NCBI GenBank assembly: GCA_028534125.1
Contig: CM052818.1
Span: forward strand, 26,972,001 to 27,036,000
Reading direction: 5' to 3'
Length of the DNA: 64,000 nucleotides
Source of the DNA: Lama glama
Lineage: Eukaryota
Part shown: positions 52,380 through 64,000 of the stretch, one piece after another
Numbering within the stretch: the first letter of the stretch is position 1
Layout of the letters: the number at the start of each line of letters is the position of its first letter
Notes under the pieces: model-generated
Seen by the model: the letters and a program-made list of their open reading frames with translations, nothing else
The model's database searches: none
What the model was told of the DNA's origin: nothing
Translations under genes and position numbers: made by a program

Positions 52380-53820
52380 AGGATCAGTTGTCCTCATTCT
52401 GTCCTAAGCCAACCCTTCCCCTTTTGCTGTTGACCTCATTCTCTTGTTTCCTTTGAGACTACACTCTAGTATCGTTCTACCTCTCTGTCTCTGACTTTCT
52501 CTCTCTTCTGCTCTCTCTTGTTTTCATCTGAAACCTCACCCTCTTTGCTCTCTTTCCATCCTCTTAGCATATAAATAAATTCAGATGTTTCCCATCCTGG
52601 GCAAGAAGAAGCCTTTTCTTAACTTCATTTCCCCTCTCTGGCTTTTGTTTAGTTTCTCTTCCCTTCATTATCAGTGTCTCTTTGGTGATTTTGTCTATAA
52701 AACACAATTACTAGTTACTAATTCCGTCCTTTCCCTGTGCATCATCCGTATGCATTTTGTCTTCTAGCTGTATCAGTAACTACCTAGTTGGCTGATCCAA
52801 GGGGTATTTTACAGTCCTTATTTTATTAGGTATATTGGCTATCTGAAACAGTGGGCCACTCTTTTTTGAAATTTGTTCACTATGGGCTTTTTTGACACTT
52901 AACTCTATGACAGTTTTTGTTCCCTAACCTTCAAAAACTCCTTTTATTTTTCTCACCTTAAATATTGGCATTTATTAGTGCCTAGACCCTAAGTCATTTT
53001 TTGCATTGTACACCTATTCTTTGGTAGATTGAATCCACTTTGTGGTTTTATGTGCTATTGACTCATGAATTCTTTAAGCCTCAGACTACCTGCAGAACAT
53101 TTCCTAGGGGCTGTCTCATTGTCCATAAAGCCCTACAAGCACTGTTTCTTCTCCCATATATTCTTTACTGGTTGGTGGCACTGCCAGTATTACTCAAACT
53201 AGAAACCTATGAGTTATCCTTGATTCCTTGACCCTGTTTTACCATCTATACCTTATTAATTACCTAGTCTTTTTGATATCACCCCCTAAATGTTTCTTCA
53301 GTTTACTCCTACTTTGACTGTGTTACCACTGTCCTTCCTTGGGTCTTCATCTTCTCCCTCCCGGTCTACTGAAACTGTCCCCTGGCCTTCATCTTCATTC
53401 TTTCCAGTGTGTCTTCTACACTGCAGTTAAAGTTACCTTATTAAATACTTCACCCTGCTGCTGGTTCCCTCTTGCTTTTAGGATAATTTCTAAGTACCTT
53501 TATGTGTCATAGAAGTCCCACCATAAACTAGCCGCTCTCATCCACCTCCTGCCTCAAACTTCAGGCTGAATTTCTTAGCATGCTATTTTTCCTTCTGTGG
53601 TTTTATAGGAGCTGCCTTCTTTGTCAGGAATGCCTTCCCTCTGTTTTTTAACTAGCCAACATCTGTGCACTCTAGGTGTCATTCTGTCCAAGAAGCTTTA
53701 TTGTACTGACCACATTGTCTTTTGAGGACAAGGATAGTATTGTGTCTTAATCATCTGCATCGCCCCTATATCTAGCATAGTGCCTAATACACAGTGTGTC
53801 TTCAATTAATATTCTGTGAT
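52380..53820 (+). mobile_element. L2 fragments
   Basis: Pyrimidine-rich; ctagaaacctatgagttatccttgattcc, tctagcatagtgcctaatacacagt...caattaatatt L2 3' end; boundaries approximate. Confidence 0.6.
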
Positions 53821-54551
53821 ATGACCAAGAGAGGATACAGGACAGAGAATGCCACTGACATTTTAAACTTAATGTCTGTGAACCATCTTGAAAGTACCAC
53901 TTCATAGAGTCATGGGTTAATAATTAAAGTTTCCAGTTTGGCTTTTGTGGTAAAACAGTGCTAAGTGATCCATCCTGCCCCCTACTGCCACCTCCTTGCT
54001 CCTCCCCGACATACACATTATTCATTTGTGAGTTCTTACTGTTTGAGAATTTGGGAATTCTTGAAGATCTTAGTTCAGGTCCATTATGAAGGTCAGAGGC
54101 CTGTTGCTCCCATGAATAACTGTCGTTTATAGCCCAAGTGGCCCAAAGGAGTGTATCCAAAGTGCTGAAGGCGGTCAGAGGGGAGAAGGAGTCTCCATTC
54201 ACTTCCTCAGGGAATATGAGTTGTGCTTTCTCTGGAAGTAGGTTAAATGCAAATGATTTGTGTTAACATGGTTTTAAAGAAATCTAAATAGAAGGAAAAA
54301 AGGGAGAGGGAAATACCTAAGGTTTTTAAGGAGAAAAATAATAAACTTCTAAATTTTAATTTATACATTTTAAACCCTAAATTTGCATGTTTCCAAGCTT
54401 GTTTTTTCAGCATTTCAGAAGAATAATAGAAAGTAGGAAGCATGTTTTATACTGTTGCCAGGTATTTTGTTTGTATATTTTACTTTCTCTGGAGTCTACA
54501 TACCTTTATGACTTGTGTTTTTTTCTCCTGCATTCTTGCTGTTTTGTACAG

Positions 54552-54719
54552 ATCCTTCTGTTTTAAGAGGCCCTCTCCTGGGCCACACCGATGCAGTCTG
54601 GGGCTTGGCTTACAGTGCAGCACACCAGCGTTTGTTGTCCTGTTCAGCAGATGGCACTCTCCGTGTGTGGAATACAACTGAGGTGGCTCCAGCCCTGAGT
54701 GTGTTTAATGATAATCAAG
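54552..54719 (+). CDS. STRN: STRN exon 14 (168 bp), WD40
   Basis: tgtacag|ATCC...CAAG|gtacat; DPSVLRGPLLGHTDAVWGLAYSAAHQRLLSCSADGTLRVWNTTEVAPALSVFNDNQ. Confidence 0.96.
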
Positions 54720-54919
54720 GTACATACTTTTTTTTTTCATTATTTTACTGAGTCTTTTATCAAATGTCTTACTCTAAAAAGAAACAAACAAATGACTCTA
54801 TAAACTCCGTTTAAATTTAATTTGAAGGGTTTTTTTTAAGCAATGAAAATGTATTTCTTTGAATTTCCAATTTAATGTGTATAATTTAAAAAATCATACC
54901 ATGTGGTGAGATAGCACAC

Positions 54920-55860
54920 TTTTTTTGGAATTAGTAAAAACTGAGATATAATTTATATACAGTAAAAAACAGGTATTATGGATACATTTTAATAAGTTTG
55001 ACAAATGTGTAACTCTTGTACCTATCAAGTTATGGAACATTTCCATCGCCTCCCCAGAGTTTCTTTGTGTTCTCATCTCTCCAGTCAGTCTCAACTCCCC
55101 ATTCCTAACCAGAGATACCCACTGTTGGGATTTCTTTTATTGCAGATCGTTTTGTCTGTTCTAAAACATCATATGAATGAAATCATACAATGTGTACTCC
55201 TTTTGTATCTGACGTTTTACTCTCACTGTAATGTTCTTGTGACTCATCTATGTTGTAATAAGTATTAATAATTGACTTTTTTATTGTTTAATAGTATTTC
55301 TTTAAACCAGTGTGTTTATCATTTATCTCTTGATGGATGTTTGGGTTGTTTCCAGTTTTTACTGTTATAAACAAAGCTGCTATGAAAATTCTTTCTTTTC
55401 TTCGTAATTAGGTTTATTTATTTATTTATTACTTTTAGGAGGTACCAGGGATTGAACCCAGGACCTTGTGCATGCTAGGTATGCACTCTACCACTGAGCA
55501 ATACCCCCCCAACTGGAAAATTCATATGTTTTTTATCACAGGTGGATAAATACCTAAAACTAAAATTACTGGACTTTAGAAGTAGACTTACATGTTTAAT
55601 TTTATGTGAAATCGCCAGACTTTTTTCCAAAGTGGTTGTGCCATGTTACACCAATGACAGCAGCATACAAGAATTCCAGTAGCTCCACATCCTTGATTAC
55701 AGACATTTAGTATTGAGAGTGTATTTAATTTTAGCCATTTTGGTGAGCATATAGCAGTATTTCATTGTGATTTTAATTTTTATTTCTTTGGTGGCTAATT
55801 ATTTTGAGCACTTCTTTGGTGTGCTCTTTGACCATTAATATATCTTCTACTGTAATACAC
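54920..55860 (-). mobile_element. L1MB-type 3' end, interrupted by a SINE
   Basis: ttgatggatgtttgggttgtttccagttt...ataaacaaagctgctatgaa; ttttccaaagtggttgtgccat; tttaattttagccatt. Confidence 0.8.
55392..55510 (-). mobile_element. tRNA-Ala-derived SINE (vic-1-like)
   Basis: ggaggtaccagggattgaacccaggaccttgtgcatgctaggtatgcactctaccactgagcaatacccc, preceded by taattaggtttatttattt; gaaaattc on both flanks. Confidence 0.85.
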
Positions 55861-56518
55861 ATTTTTTGAACTGTTAGCTTGCTTTAGTTAGATTTTGAAC
55901 CAAATGAAAAAAATCAGATTATATTCATATATACATATAACTTTATTTTTTTACATTTATAAATAAGTTCCAAATTTTAATCACGTTTTACTCTGTTCTA
56001 GATGATAAATAAAAATACCTTATTTTTCTTGAGCTGTCATAACTCGTGTCTAGGTTTTGATGAGTTGCCTGCATTTGATATTTGCATGACTACCAATATA
56101 TAACAGTTTGAAATTTTACTCCCTCAATTCCGTATTTTTAATAGTTAGAATTCCTAGTAAGAGATGGACCTTTAAAATGAAGACTTCCTAAACCCCAGGT
56201 TGATTGAGGTGGGAGCAGAAAAATTTGTAGTCTGTACATGTTTTTTGTTTATTTCTAAATGAAGGCTTGGGTTCAATGAATACAGTAGTAGCTGGGTGAC
56301 AGAAGATGTGATAAACAGGTAAGGGTAATAAAATAGGCTAGGACTAAAAGCAACAAAAGAAACAATCTCCACTGAGTGGCTGTGAGGTAATTCTTCTAAT
56401 GTTGAGCCTTATTTACTTCTTAAGGAAATCATACCACTATTTGTTTTGCTATATTTTAAGCACATTGTCAAGTAGACCTTCTAACTACCATTCTCTTTGA
56501 ATATGTTCTGACTTTTAG

Positions 56519-56659
56519 AATTGGGAATCCCTGCCTCTGTGGATCTAGTAAGCAGTGACCCAAGCCATATGGTAGCATCATTCAGCAAAGGATACACAAG
56601 CATCTTTAACATGGAGACACAACAACGCATTCTCACTTTAGAATCCAACCTAGATTCAG
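56519..56659 (+). CDS. STRN: STRN exon 15 (141 bp)
   Basis: cttttag|AATTG...TCAG|gtatgt; ELGIPASVDLVSSDPSHMVASFSKGYTSIFNMETQQRILTLESNLDS. Confidence 0.95.
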
Positions 56660-56970
56660 GTATGTATACCAATTTTAAATAGTCTTTGTTTGGATCAGTT
56701 TTTTAAGTTTTATCAAAATTATAACTACTAGAGTCAACTGTGAAAAATACTTGTCATTATAAAATGTTCTGCCTCAAAATCATATAACAATTACTTAGAA
56801 GGATATAATGATTTACTGTTGATTTTCAGACTTTAGGTTAAGTTTATTCACATTTAAACTATACTGTTTGAAGTAACATTTGAGCTATTCTAAAAAGAGG
56901 TTAAGTTTAATTATATACCAAATGTTTAGTTTTTAATTCTATTTGAAGAAAATAATGTTTATTCTAAATA

Positions 56971-59335
56971 CAGGCCTGTCTTGGAATTATTGCAGGTTTG
57001 GTTTCAGACCACTGCAATAAAACGAGTATTGCAGTAGAGACAATCACTTTGGTTTCCCAGTGCATATAAAAGTTATGTTTACACTATGCGGTAGACTATT
57101 ATATTAAGTGTGCAACAGCATTATGTCTAAAAATGTTTTAATTTTAATGTAAAAGTACTTTATTACTAAAAAATGCTGACTGTCATCTGAGCCTTCAGTG
57201 AGTTGTAATCTTTTTTACTGGCAGAGGGTCTTGTCTTGATGTTGGTGGCTGCTGACTGCTCAGGGTGGTGGTTGCTGAAGTTTGGGATGCCTGTGACAGT
57301 TTCTTAAAATAAGACAGCAATGAATCAATTGACTTTTCCTTTCTCAAATGACTTCTCTGTAGCATGCAGTGCTGTTTGATAACATTTTACCCACTGTAGA
57401 ATAGCTTTCAGAATGTGAGTCAATCCTCTAAAACCCTGCTGCTGCTTGATTAACAAGTTTTATATAATTATGTAGTCCTTTGTTGTGATTTCAACAGTCT
57501 TCACAGCATCCTCACCAGAAACAGACTTCATCTCAAAAAGCGCTTACTTTGCTCATCCATAAGAAGCAGTTCCTCATCCGTTTAAGTTTTGTCATGAGAC
57601 TACAGCAACTCAGTCACAGTCACATCTTCAGGCTCCACTTCTAGTTCCAGTTCTCTTGCTGTTTCCACCACATCTGTAGTTACTTCCTTCCACTAAAGTC
57701 TTGAACTCCTGAAAGTCATCCATGAGGGTTGGAATCAACCTGTTCCAAACTCCTGTTCGTGTTGACATTTTGACCTCTTCCCGTGAATCACTGATGGCCT
57801 TAATGATCGGCATCTAAAATGGTAAATCCTTTCCAAAAGGGTTTTCAACTTACTTTGTCCCTATCCATGAAAGAAATCACTATATATGGCAGCTATAGCC
57901 TTACCTAATGTATTTCTTCAATAATAAGACTCGAAAGTCAAAATTACTCTTTGGTCCACAGGCTACAGAATGGAGATTGTGTTAGCAGGCATGAAAACAA
58001 GATGAATCTCGTACATCTTCATCAGAGCTCTTGGGTGACCAGGTGCATTGTCAATGAGCAGTAATACTTTAAAAGGAATCTTTTTTTCTGAGCAGTAGGT
58101 CTCAATAATGGGGTTAAAATACTCAGTAAACTATGTTATATTCAGATGTGTTGTCATCCAGGCTTTGTTGTTCCATTTCTAGAGCACAGGCAGGGTAGAT
58201 TTAGCATAATTCTTACGGGTCCTAGGATTTTCAGAATGGTAGATGAGCATTGGCTTTAACTTAGAGTCACCAGCTCTGTTAGCCACTAACAAGAGAATCA
58301 GCCTTTCCCTTGAAACTTTGAAGCCAGGCATTGACTTCTTGTTAGCTATGAAGGTCCTGAATGGCATCTTCTTCCAATATAAGGCTATTTCATCTACACT
58401 GAAAATCTGTTGTTTAATGTAACCACCTTTATTTATTGTCTTAGCTAGATCGTCTGGATTACCTCCTGCAACTTACTACATCTGTACTTGCTGCTTCACC
58501 TTGCACTTTGATGTTATGGAGTTGACTTCTTTCCTTAAATCTCATGAAACAATCTCTGCTAGCTTCCCACTTTTCTTCTGCAGCTTCCTCACCTCTCTTA
58601 GCCTTAATAGAGTTAAAGAGTTAGGGCCCTCCGCTGGACTAGATTTTGACATAAGGGAATGTTGTGGCTGGTTCTATCTTCTATCCAGACCATTAAAACT
58701 TTCTCCATACTGCTTTACTTTCTTATCATTCATGTGTTCACTGGAGTAGCACTTTCAGTTTCCTTCAAGAACTTTTCCTTTGCATTCACAACTTAGCTAA
58801 CTGTTCATTCAGAGCAAGAGGCCTAACTTTCAGCCTATCCTTTTGATATGCCTTCCTTACTAAACTTAACTGTTTCTGGCTTTTGATTTAAAGTGAGAGA
58901 CATGTGACTCTTCCTTTCATTTGAACAGGTAGAGGCCATTGTAGGGTTATTGATTGGCTTAATTTCAATATTGTTATGCCTCAGGGAGGCCCAAGGAGAG
59001 AGAAAGGCAGGGAAACAGCCAATCAGTGGAGCAGTCAGAGCACACACACAACACTCATCAAGGCCACCATCTTATATGGGTGCAGTTCAAGTGCCCCAAA
59101 ATAATTACATTAGTAACATCAAAGATCAGTGATCACAGATCATCATAACAAATACAGTAATAATGAAAAAATTTGAAACATTGTGAGAATTAATTAAAAT
59201 GTGATATAGACATGAAGTAAATGAATGCTATTGAAAACATGGCACCAATAGACGTCCTCAATGCAAGGTTGCTATAATCTTTTAATTTGTAAAAAATACA
59301 ATAACTGTGAACTGCAATAAAGCAAGATATGCCTG
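56971..59335 (-). mobile_element. Near full-length Tigger1 (TcMar-Tigger/pogo) DNA transposon with a decayed transposase
   Basis: TA|caggc ... gcctg|TA termini; - strand ORF fragments ([79 protein letters not shown]) match the Tigger1/TIGD1 transposase; 2365 bp. Confidence 0.9.
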
Positions 59336-61309
59336 TATAAAATAAATGTTTTTATTTCTCATAATTTTATTTTTGAAATCAATCTTATATTAATACAATT
59401 TGACACAGCTCAGTATTGATTAAAAAATAGATCAAGTTGTGCCATTCAGAATCCCAAATCTGAAGCTCCTTATTGGGTACAGGAAGTTGGGAAAGAAATA
59501 ATTTCTAAGACTGTAAAGAAGATACTACAGAATCTTTTTGGTTTCTAGCTTTCATAACCATTACTTTCTATCTTTAGGCTTAAAACAATCACAGTTTAGG
59601 CTGAAGTTGGTAAAGAAAACTATATACACATACACTGTTGTTTTAATTTGAGAACTAGCTTTAAAAATAATTACCACAGTGTGTGTGTGCATGTGCATGT
59701 GTGTGAATATGTGTGGCTCTCTCTCCTTCTCTCCCTTTTCTTTTTCTCTCAAAAGATTCCTTCATTCCTTTTTGACTTTCATCATTTTTCCTTCCCAATC
59801 TGTTGTCTTTTATTTTCTTCTGGTGTCCTGTGAGAATTATTTGGGGAGGTAGGTTTGAATGGAGCTTTGAACTATTTGGATGTTAAAAGAGAGAAACAAA
59901 AAAAAATTAAAATTGAGATTATGGAATAGGAAAAAAGAATTTTTTTTGCCAAGAAATTCATGTTTTTTAGATCTTAGTAAATTTAGAATCATACTTAAAT
60001 ATGTGACCTAAACCTACAGTAGTAAAGTTGAAAAACTGTATGAAATTAAGAAGGATGTGAACATTTTTGAAATCCTTTTAATGTCCTCAGTGTAAATGTC
60101 GATTTTTAATGACTGCTACAAATTTAGGATCTCAAGTCTGGTGGATGAGATGGATAGACTGGACTAGGCAATTCCATTTTTCCCCCAGATGTATGACTGT
60201 AAAGTCATATGACTTTTTGTCCAATACTAGAAGCATTTTCTGAAGAAGACTGCCAAGAATGTTTTGAACAAAGGCAACATTATTGGAATAAGCAATAATT
60301 ATTTTGAGTTAATAATATGTCCTGACATTTCCTAAATTATCAGATGATTTACATAAAGCAAACTTAAATTAGTCTTTTATTCCTTTCTACTATGACTACC
60401 CCTTAGCTGTTTATATTTGACTATATTGTAGTGTTCTGGAATTTAGCAGATTTAAAAAAAAATTTAAGTTCAGACTAAACACATTTTAAGGTAAAAGTGA
60501 ATTTCATATAGCATTTAAGAGGATGAAAGATACTTGTTGTAGGAATCAGAATAAATTACCTTCTCATTGATGTCAGTGGTGATTTGACTGTGAGTAAGTC
60601 AAATGTAGTTGGAGCAGGTAATTGGGTACTTGTGAACTCAATGAAAAGATAAACCATTTCTAGGTTGCAAGCTGAATATAAATATTTGGAGAATTGTTGT
60701 AGATTCATTGTTAGAATGATGGCTGGGAGGCCTTCAATTTATTTCTAGTGTTCTTTGCATTTTGCTTGCTTGTCTGACTTACCATCAAGTAGAGAAATTT
60801 CCTCGAAAAAAAATTGCTAAATAACTTTCTTTTGCCTGCTTCCATCATTTGATTTCTATCATACTTATTTTTTAGATCTCAGAATAATTAAAGCCATTCT
60901 CAGAAACTTCTCTCTCAAAATGTATGAGATATTATACTTAAAGTATTTCTTTTTGGTTGTTACTTTCCTTCTGGACCTTGGAGAGGATATTGTTCAATGG
61001 TGTGTTATCTTCAGAGGAAAACAATACATAGGCTGAATTTTGAATATTAACTATTTGTTTAGGACCTTTTAAATTGAGTAGAATGACCCAGAGCTTACCC
61101 CACATTGTCAAGTGACTTTTTGTTGTGCACTGAGATAACAGACTGGGTGGCTACATGCCATTAACATTGGGAAAAGACCATCTTCAGTTTTTAAGATGTT
61201 GTATTTCTAGGCATCACATGATTTCTGACTGTACATAGGATATTTTCTTTTATGTGAATATAAATTCATAATACTTATTCTAAGATTAAAAAATTTTAAA
61301 CTCTATTTT

Positions 61310-61790
61310 TAAAATATTTTCAAATTTAAAGAAAAGTTTCAAAAATAGTTCAAGAACTCCTGGTTACCCTTCACCCAGATTCACCAATTTTTAACATATT
61401 TTTGCCACATTTGTCACATTTACTTTATCATTCTCTGTATATGTGTATTTTTGTTTTGTTTTGTTTTTGTTTTTTTGAAGGGGGTACTGGGGATTGAACC
61501 CAGGACCTTGTGTATGCTAAGCATGCACTCTACCACTGAGCTACACCCTCCCCCTGTATATGTGTATTAATTTAAAATTCTGAACCACTTAAGAGACATT
61601 ATATCCCTGTGCCCCCAGATCCTTTAGCATGAAATTCCTGAGAATGAGAACATACTCTTAACAGTACATTGCATTCTCAAAATCAGGGAATCTAACATTG
61701 ACACAATGATTCTGTTTGTTGTTATTTACACTCAAATTTGCCAGTTGTTCCAATAATGTATTTTATAAGGACGTTTTCTTCCTAGACCAT
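61310..61790 (-). mobile_element. Old L1MC-type 3' end, interrupted by a SINE
   Basis: acccttcacccagattcaccaatttttaacat...ttgccacatttg; aaaatcagggaatctaacattgacaca. Confidence 0.65.
61450..61553 (-). mobile_element. Short tRNA-Ala-derived SINE/retrocopy with perfect 15-bp TSD
   Basis: ctgtatatgtgtatt at 61435-61449 and 61554-61568; tRNA-like head directly followed by an A-rich tail. Confidence 0.88.
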
Positions 61791-62475
61791 GGTATAATGA
61801 TTTTTTTTTTTACCTTTGACATATCTTAAATTAGTGTTATCTTTATGTAGATTTTTTTTCTTATTAAAGTATCTTTAAAATCACTAATTAAACTTCTTAG
61901 TAATTGATTTCTGTTTGATAAAAGTCTTTCAGGAGGAACTTGTGATATTTTAAGTACCATAGTGGACTGTCAAATGATGACCATTTCTATTATGATGAGA
62001 AAGAGAAGATTAAAGAGTTAAGAAGCTCTCATTGTCATGTTTATCTTTAGATGATAACCATGTTTATCAATAGAGAGCTCTATGTCTAGAAAGAGCTGAA
62101 ATTTAAATTTGGGAATTATCTGCATGTAAGTAATGATAGAATTCTATATTAAAGTAACAAGAAATATCACAGAACATTGTAGAATGAGAAATGTCAGTTC
62201 TAGGCTAAGCCCTAGGTAGCATCCATAGATAGCAGCAGGTAGAAAAGGAAGTTCTAATTCTTAGGTCTTCTAGATTTGTCAGTAGAGTATTACTCAGGGA
62301 ATTCTCATTTCCTAACATTGCATTATGAACACAATTGGAGAATAAACGAACTAAAGACAAATTAAAGTCACATCATTTACTTTTTTAGTCTCTTAGGTGA
62401 ATATTCAGTTCTCTTTTGTGTGAAGAAATAGTAGCTTTGACAAAGTTGTGGTGCTCTTTAATTTTTTCTTCTTAG

Positions 62476-62583
62476 CAGCTAACTCTTCCTGCCAAATAAA
62501 TAGAGTCATCAGTCATCCCACTCTTCCTATCAGCATCACTGCTCATGAAGACAGGCACATCAAATTCTATGATAACAATACAG
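62476..62583 (+). CDS. STRN: STRN exon 16 (108 bp; 105 bp if the distal NAGNAG acceptor is used), WD40
   Basis: ttcttag|CAG|CTAAC...ACAG|gtaaga; AANSSCQINRVISHPTLPISITAHEDRHIKFYDNNT. Confidence 0.94.
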
Positions 62584-63689
62584 GTAAGAATTTATTAAAA
62601 TTGATTAATATTAAAGCAAAAAATAACCCACTATAGTTTGGTGTCTGTCAGTGCCTTTTTTAGTCGGAGAATAGGCATGGAAACATAGATGCTCTCCCAG
62701 ATCAGCTTCTTTTTACTCCATATAATTCTAGTAAGAACTAGTCTTCACGATAGCACACAGAATCATCCTGATTTATTTAATAATAAGTAGGTACTATATT
62801 CTGGCTCTAGAACGAAGATCATCACTAGGAACACAATGAAAAATTAATTCAAATACCAACAAAATCATCTCCTACCATGAATATATTGCAAAAAAGTAGA
62901 AATATGTAGGAAGTCGAGGCATATATGATCATTATATTTTGTTAAAATTGTTCAATTGTTGAGGAGCCTTAGTATTGCAGATGGAAAACCCCTGAGTCAC
63001 TTGGTTTATTTTATTCATTTTCCATAGACTAACTTTTTCTGCATTTTTATATTATTTGATCCTAATTGATTTGAATTGCAGTATGGAAACTTTACCGATT
63101 TTTATTAGATTATATTTTACTATTAGTCTAAGGAAATACACGAAGAGCTAGTTGGGAGAAAAACTCTCTGTATTTGCAGCTACATTTACCTAAATATCTG
63201 CTATTGACTTTGTAAATATGTTGACTTTTGCTGACTTTGCTTAGCTGTGAGTGATGACTAATTTAATATTTTTAATCTCTTTCTATATACTGTTTCAACC
63301 AAAATTGTGGCCAGGTTTTCTCTCTGTTCCTTTGACTCTTCTTCTGTTCCCACAACCCATGTGATTTGCCTGTAGTCAAAGATGCAGAATAGGTGATTAA
63401 TAATGTCTGAGCTAATTAATGAACATGGCTTAAAGGAATACTTGTGTACAAATGACTAAGTACCATATTATGATTTGAAAGACAAAAATATAATCTGAAA
63501 TTTGAGCTTTTGTTTCCCATCATTGCCGAGGCTAGAGCGGGGAAGGAGACACGTGTTATCAGCAGTTGGAAAAGCAGTTGATGCAGAGACGACACAAAGA
63601 AGAGGGTAGCTCGAGAAACCAGTGGTAGCTGGCTTATATTCAGGGTGAGGAAAGCTGTTAACAAAGAGTAATAATCTCTTTTTTCAAAG

Positions 63690-63776
63690 GCAAGCTGATC
63701 CACTCGATGGTAGCCCACCTAGAAGCCGTTACAAGTTTAGCAGTTGACCCTAATGGCCTGTACTTGATGTCTGGCA
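63690..63776 (+). CDS. STRN: STRN exon 17 (87 bp), WD40
   Basis: ttttcaaag|GCAAG...GGCA|gtaagt; GKLIHSMVAHLEAVTSLAVDPNGLYLMSG(S). Confidence 0.95.
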
Positions 63777-63862
63777 GTAAGTACAACTATGGATTATTTA
63801 TTTATACTTATCATTTTCATATTAATGTAATTTTTCTTTTAATTTCTTTTCTTTTGATATAG

Positions 63863-64000
63863 GTCATGACTGTTCAATACGTTTATGGAACCTAGAAAGT
63901 AAGACCTGTATCCAAGAGTTCACAGCTCATCGGAAAAAGTTTGAAGAATCAATTCATGATGTAGCTTTCCACCCATCCAAATGCTATATAGCCAGTGCTG
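63863..64000 (+). CDS. STRN: STRN exon 18, partial (runs off window), WD40
   Basis: gatatag|GTCAT...; HDCSIRLWNLESKTCIQEFTAHRKKFEESIHDVAFHPSKCYIASA. Confidence 0.96.

Larger units (their letters stand above)
9269..64000 (+). other. STRN: Striatin gene body, coding exons 2-18 (partial: exon 1 upstream, end of exon 18 beyond window)
   Basis: 17 exons with AG acceptors and GT/GC donors join in consistent phase into a peptide I recognise as mammalian striatin (AQIAFLQGERKGQENLKKDLVRRIKMLEYALKQER ... HDVAFHPSKCYIASA). Linker segments such as EALESELGLGELAGLTVANEADSLTYD fit STRN rather than STRN3/STRN4. Confidence 0.97.

Noticed and set aside
57628..59047. Intact TIGD1-like domesticated transposase gene
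   Set aside because: The transposase similarity is split over several short ORFs separated by stops and frameshifts, inside an element that still has its termini.
722..63718. Most short ORFs in the supplied six-frame track
   Set aside because: They are 60-114 aa, often with non-ATG starts and F/L/I-rich composition from T-rich intron sequence. The recognisable ones are STRN exons with intron read-through, antisense to exons, or L1/Tigger remnants.
1..64000. A novel multi-gene or prokaryote-type system (CRISPR, operon, defence island)
   Set aside because: The window is a single spliced mammalian gene with repeat-filled introns. I saw no repeat-spacer arrays or long unexplained ORFs.

Overview
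This is AT-rich, CpG-poor mammalian genomic DNA covering most of the striatin gene (STRN) on the + strand. It contains 17 coding exons (exons 2-18 by human numbering). Exon 1 lies upstream of the window and exon 18 is cut off at the right edge. The exons splice into one continuous frame: coiled-coil, calmodulin-binding segment, acidic/basic linker, then WD40 repeats. All introns are GT-AG except one GC-AG intron after exon 9. The introns hold interspersed repeats: five tRNA-Ala-derived SINEs that point to a camelid genome (inference), young L1 3' ends with perfect target-site duplications (TSDs), old L1/L2/MIR fragments, a near full-length Tigger1, a solo MLT1 LTR, MER5A/MER58 and a long (CA)45 tract. 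Most ORFs in the supplied track are spurious, or are pieces of exons or transposons. I found no convincing previously undescribed biological system. The best leads are splicing-level oddities and transposon-insertion details. Repeat subfamily names come from recalled consensus sequences, not a database search.
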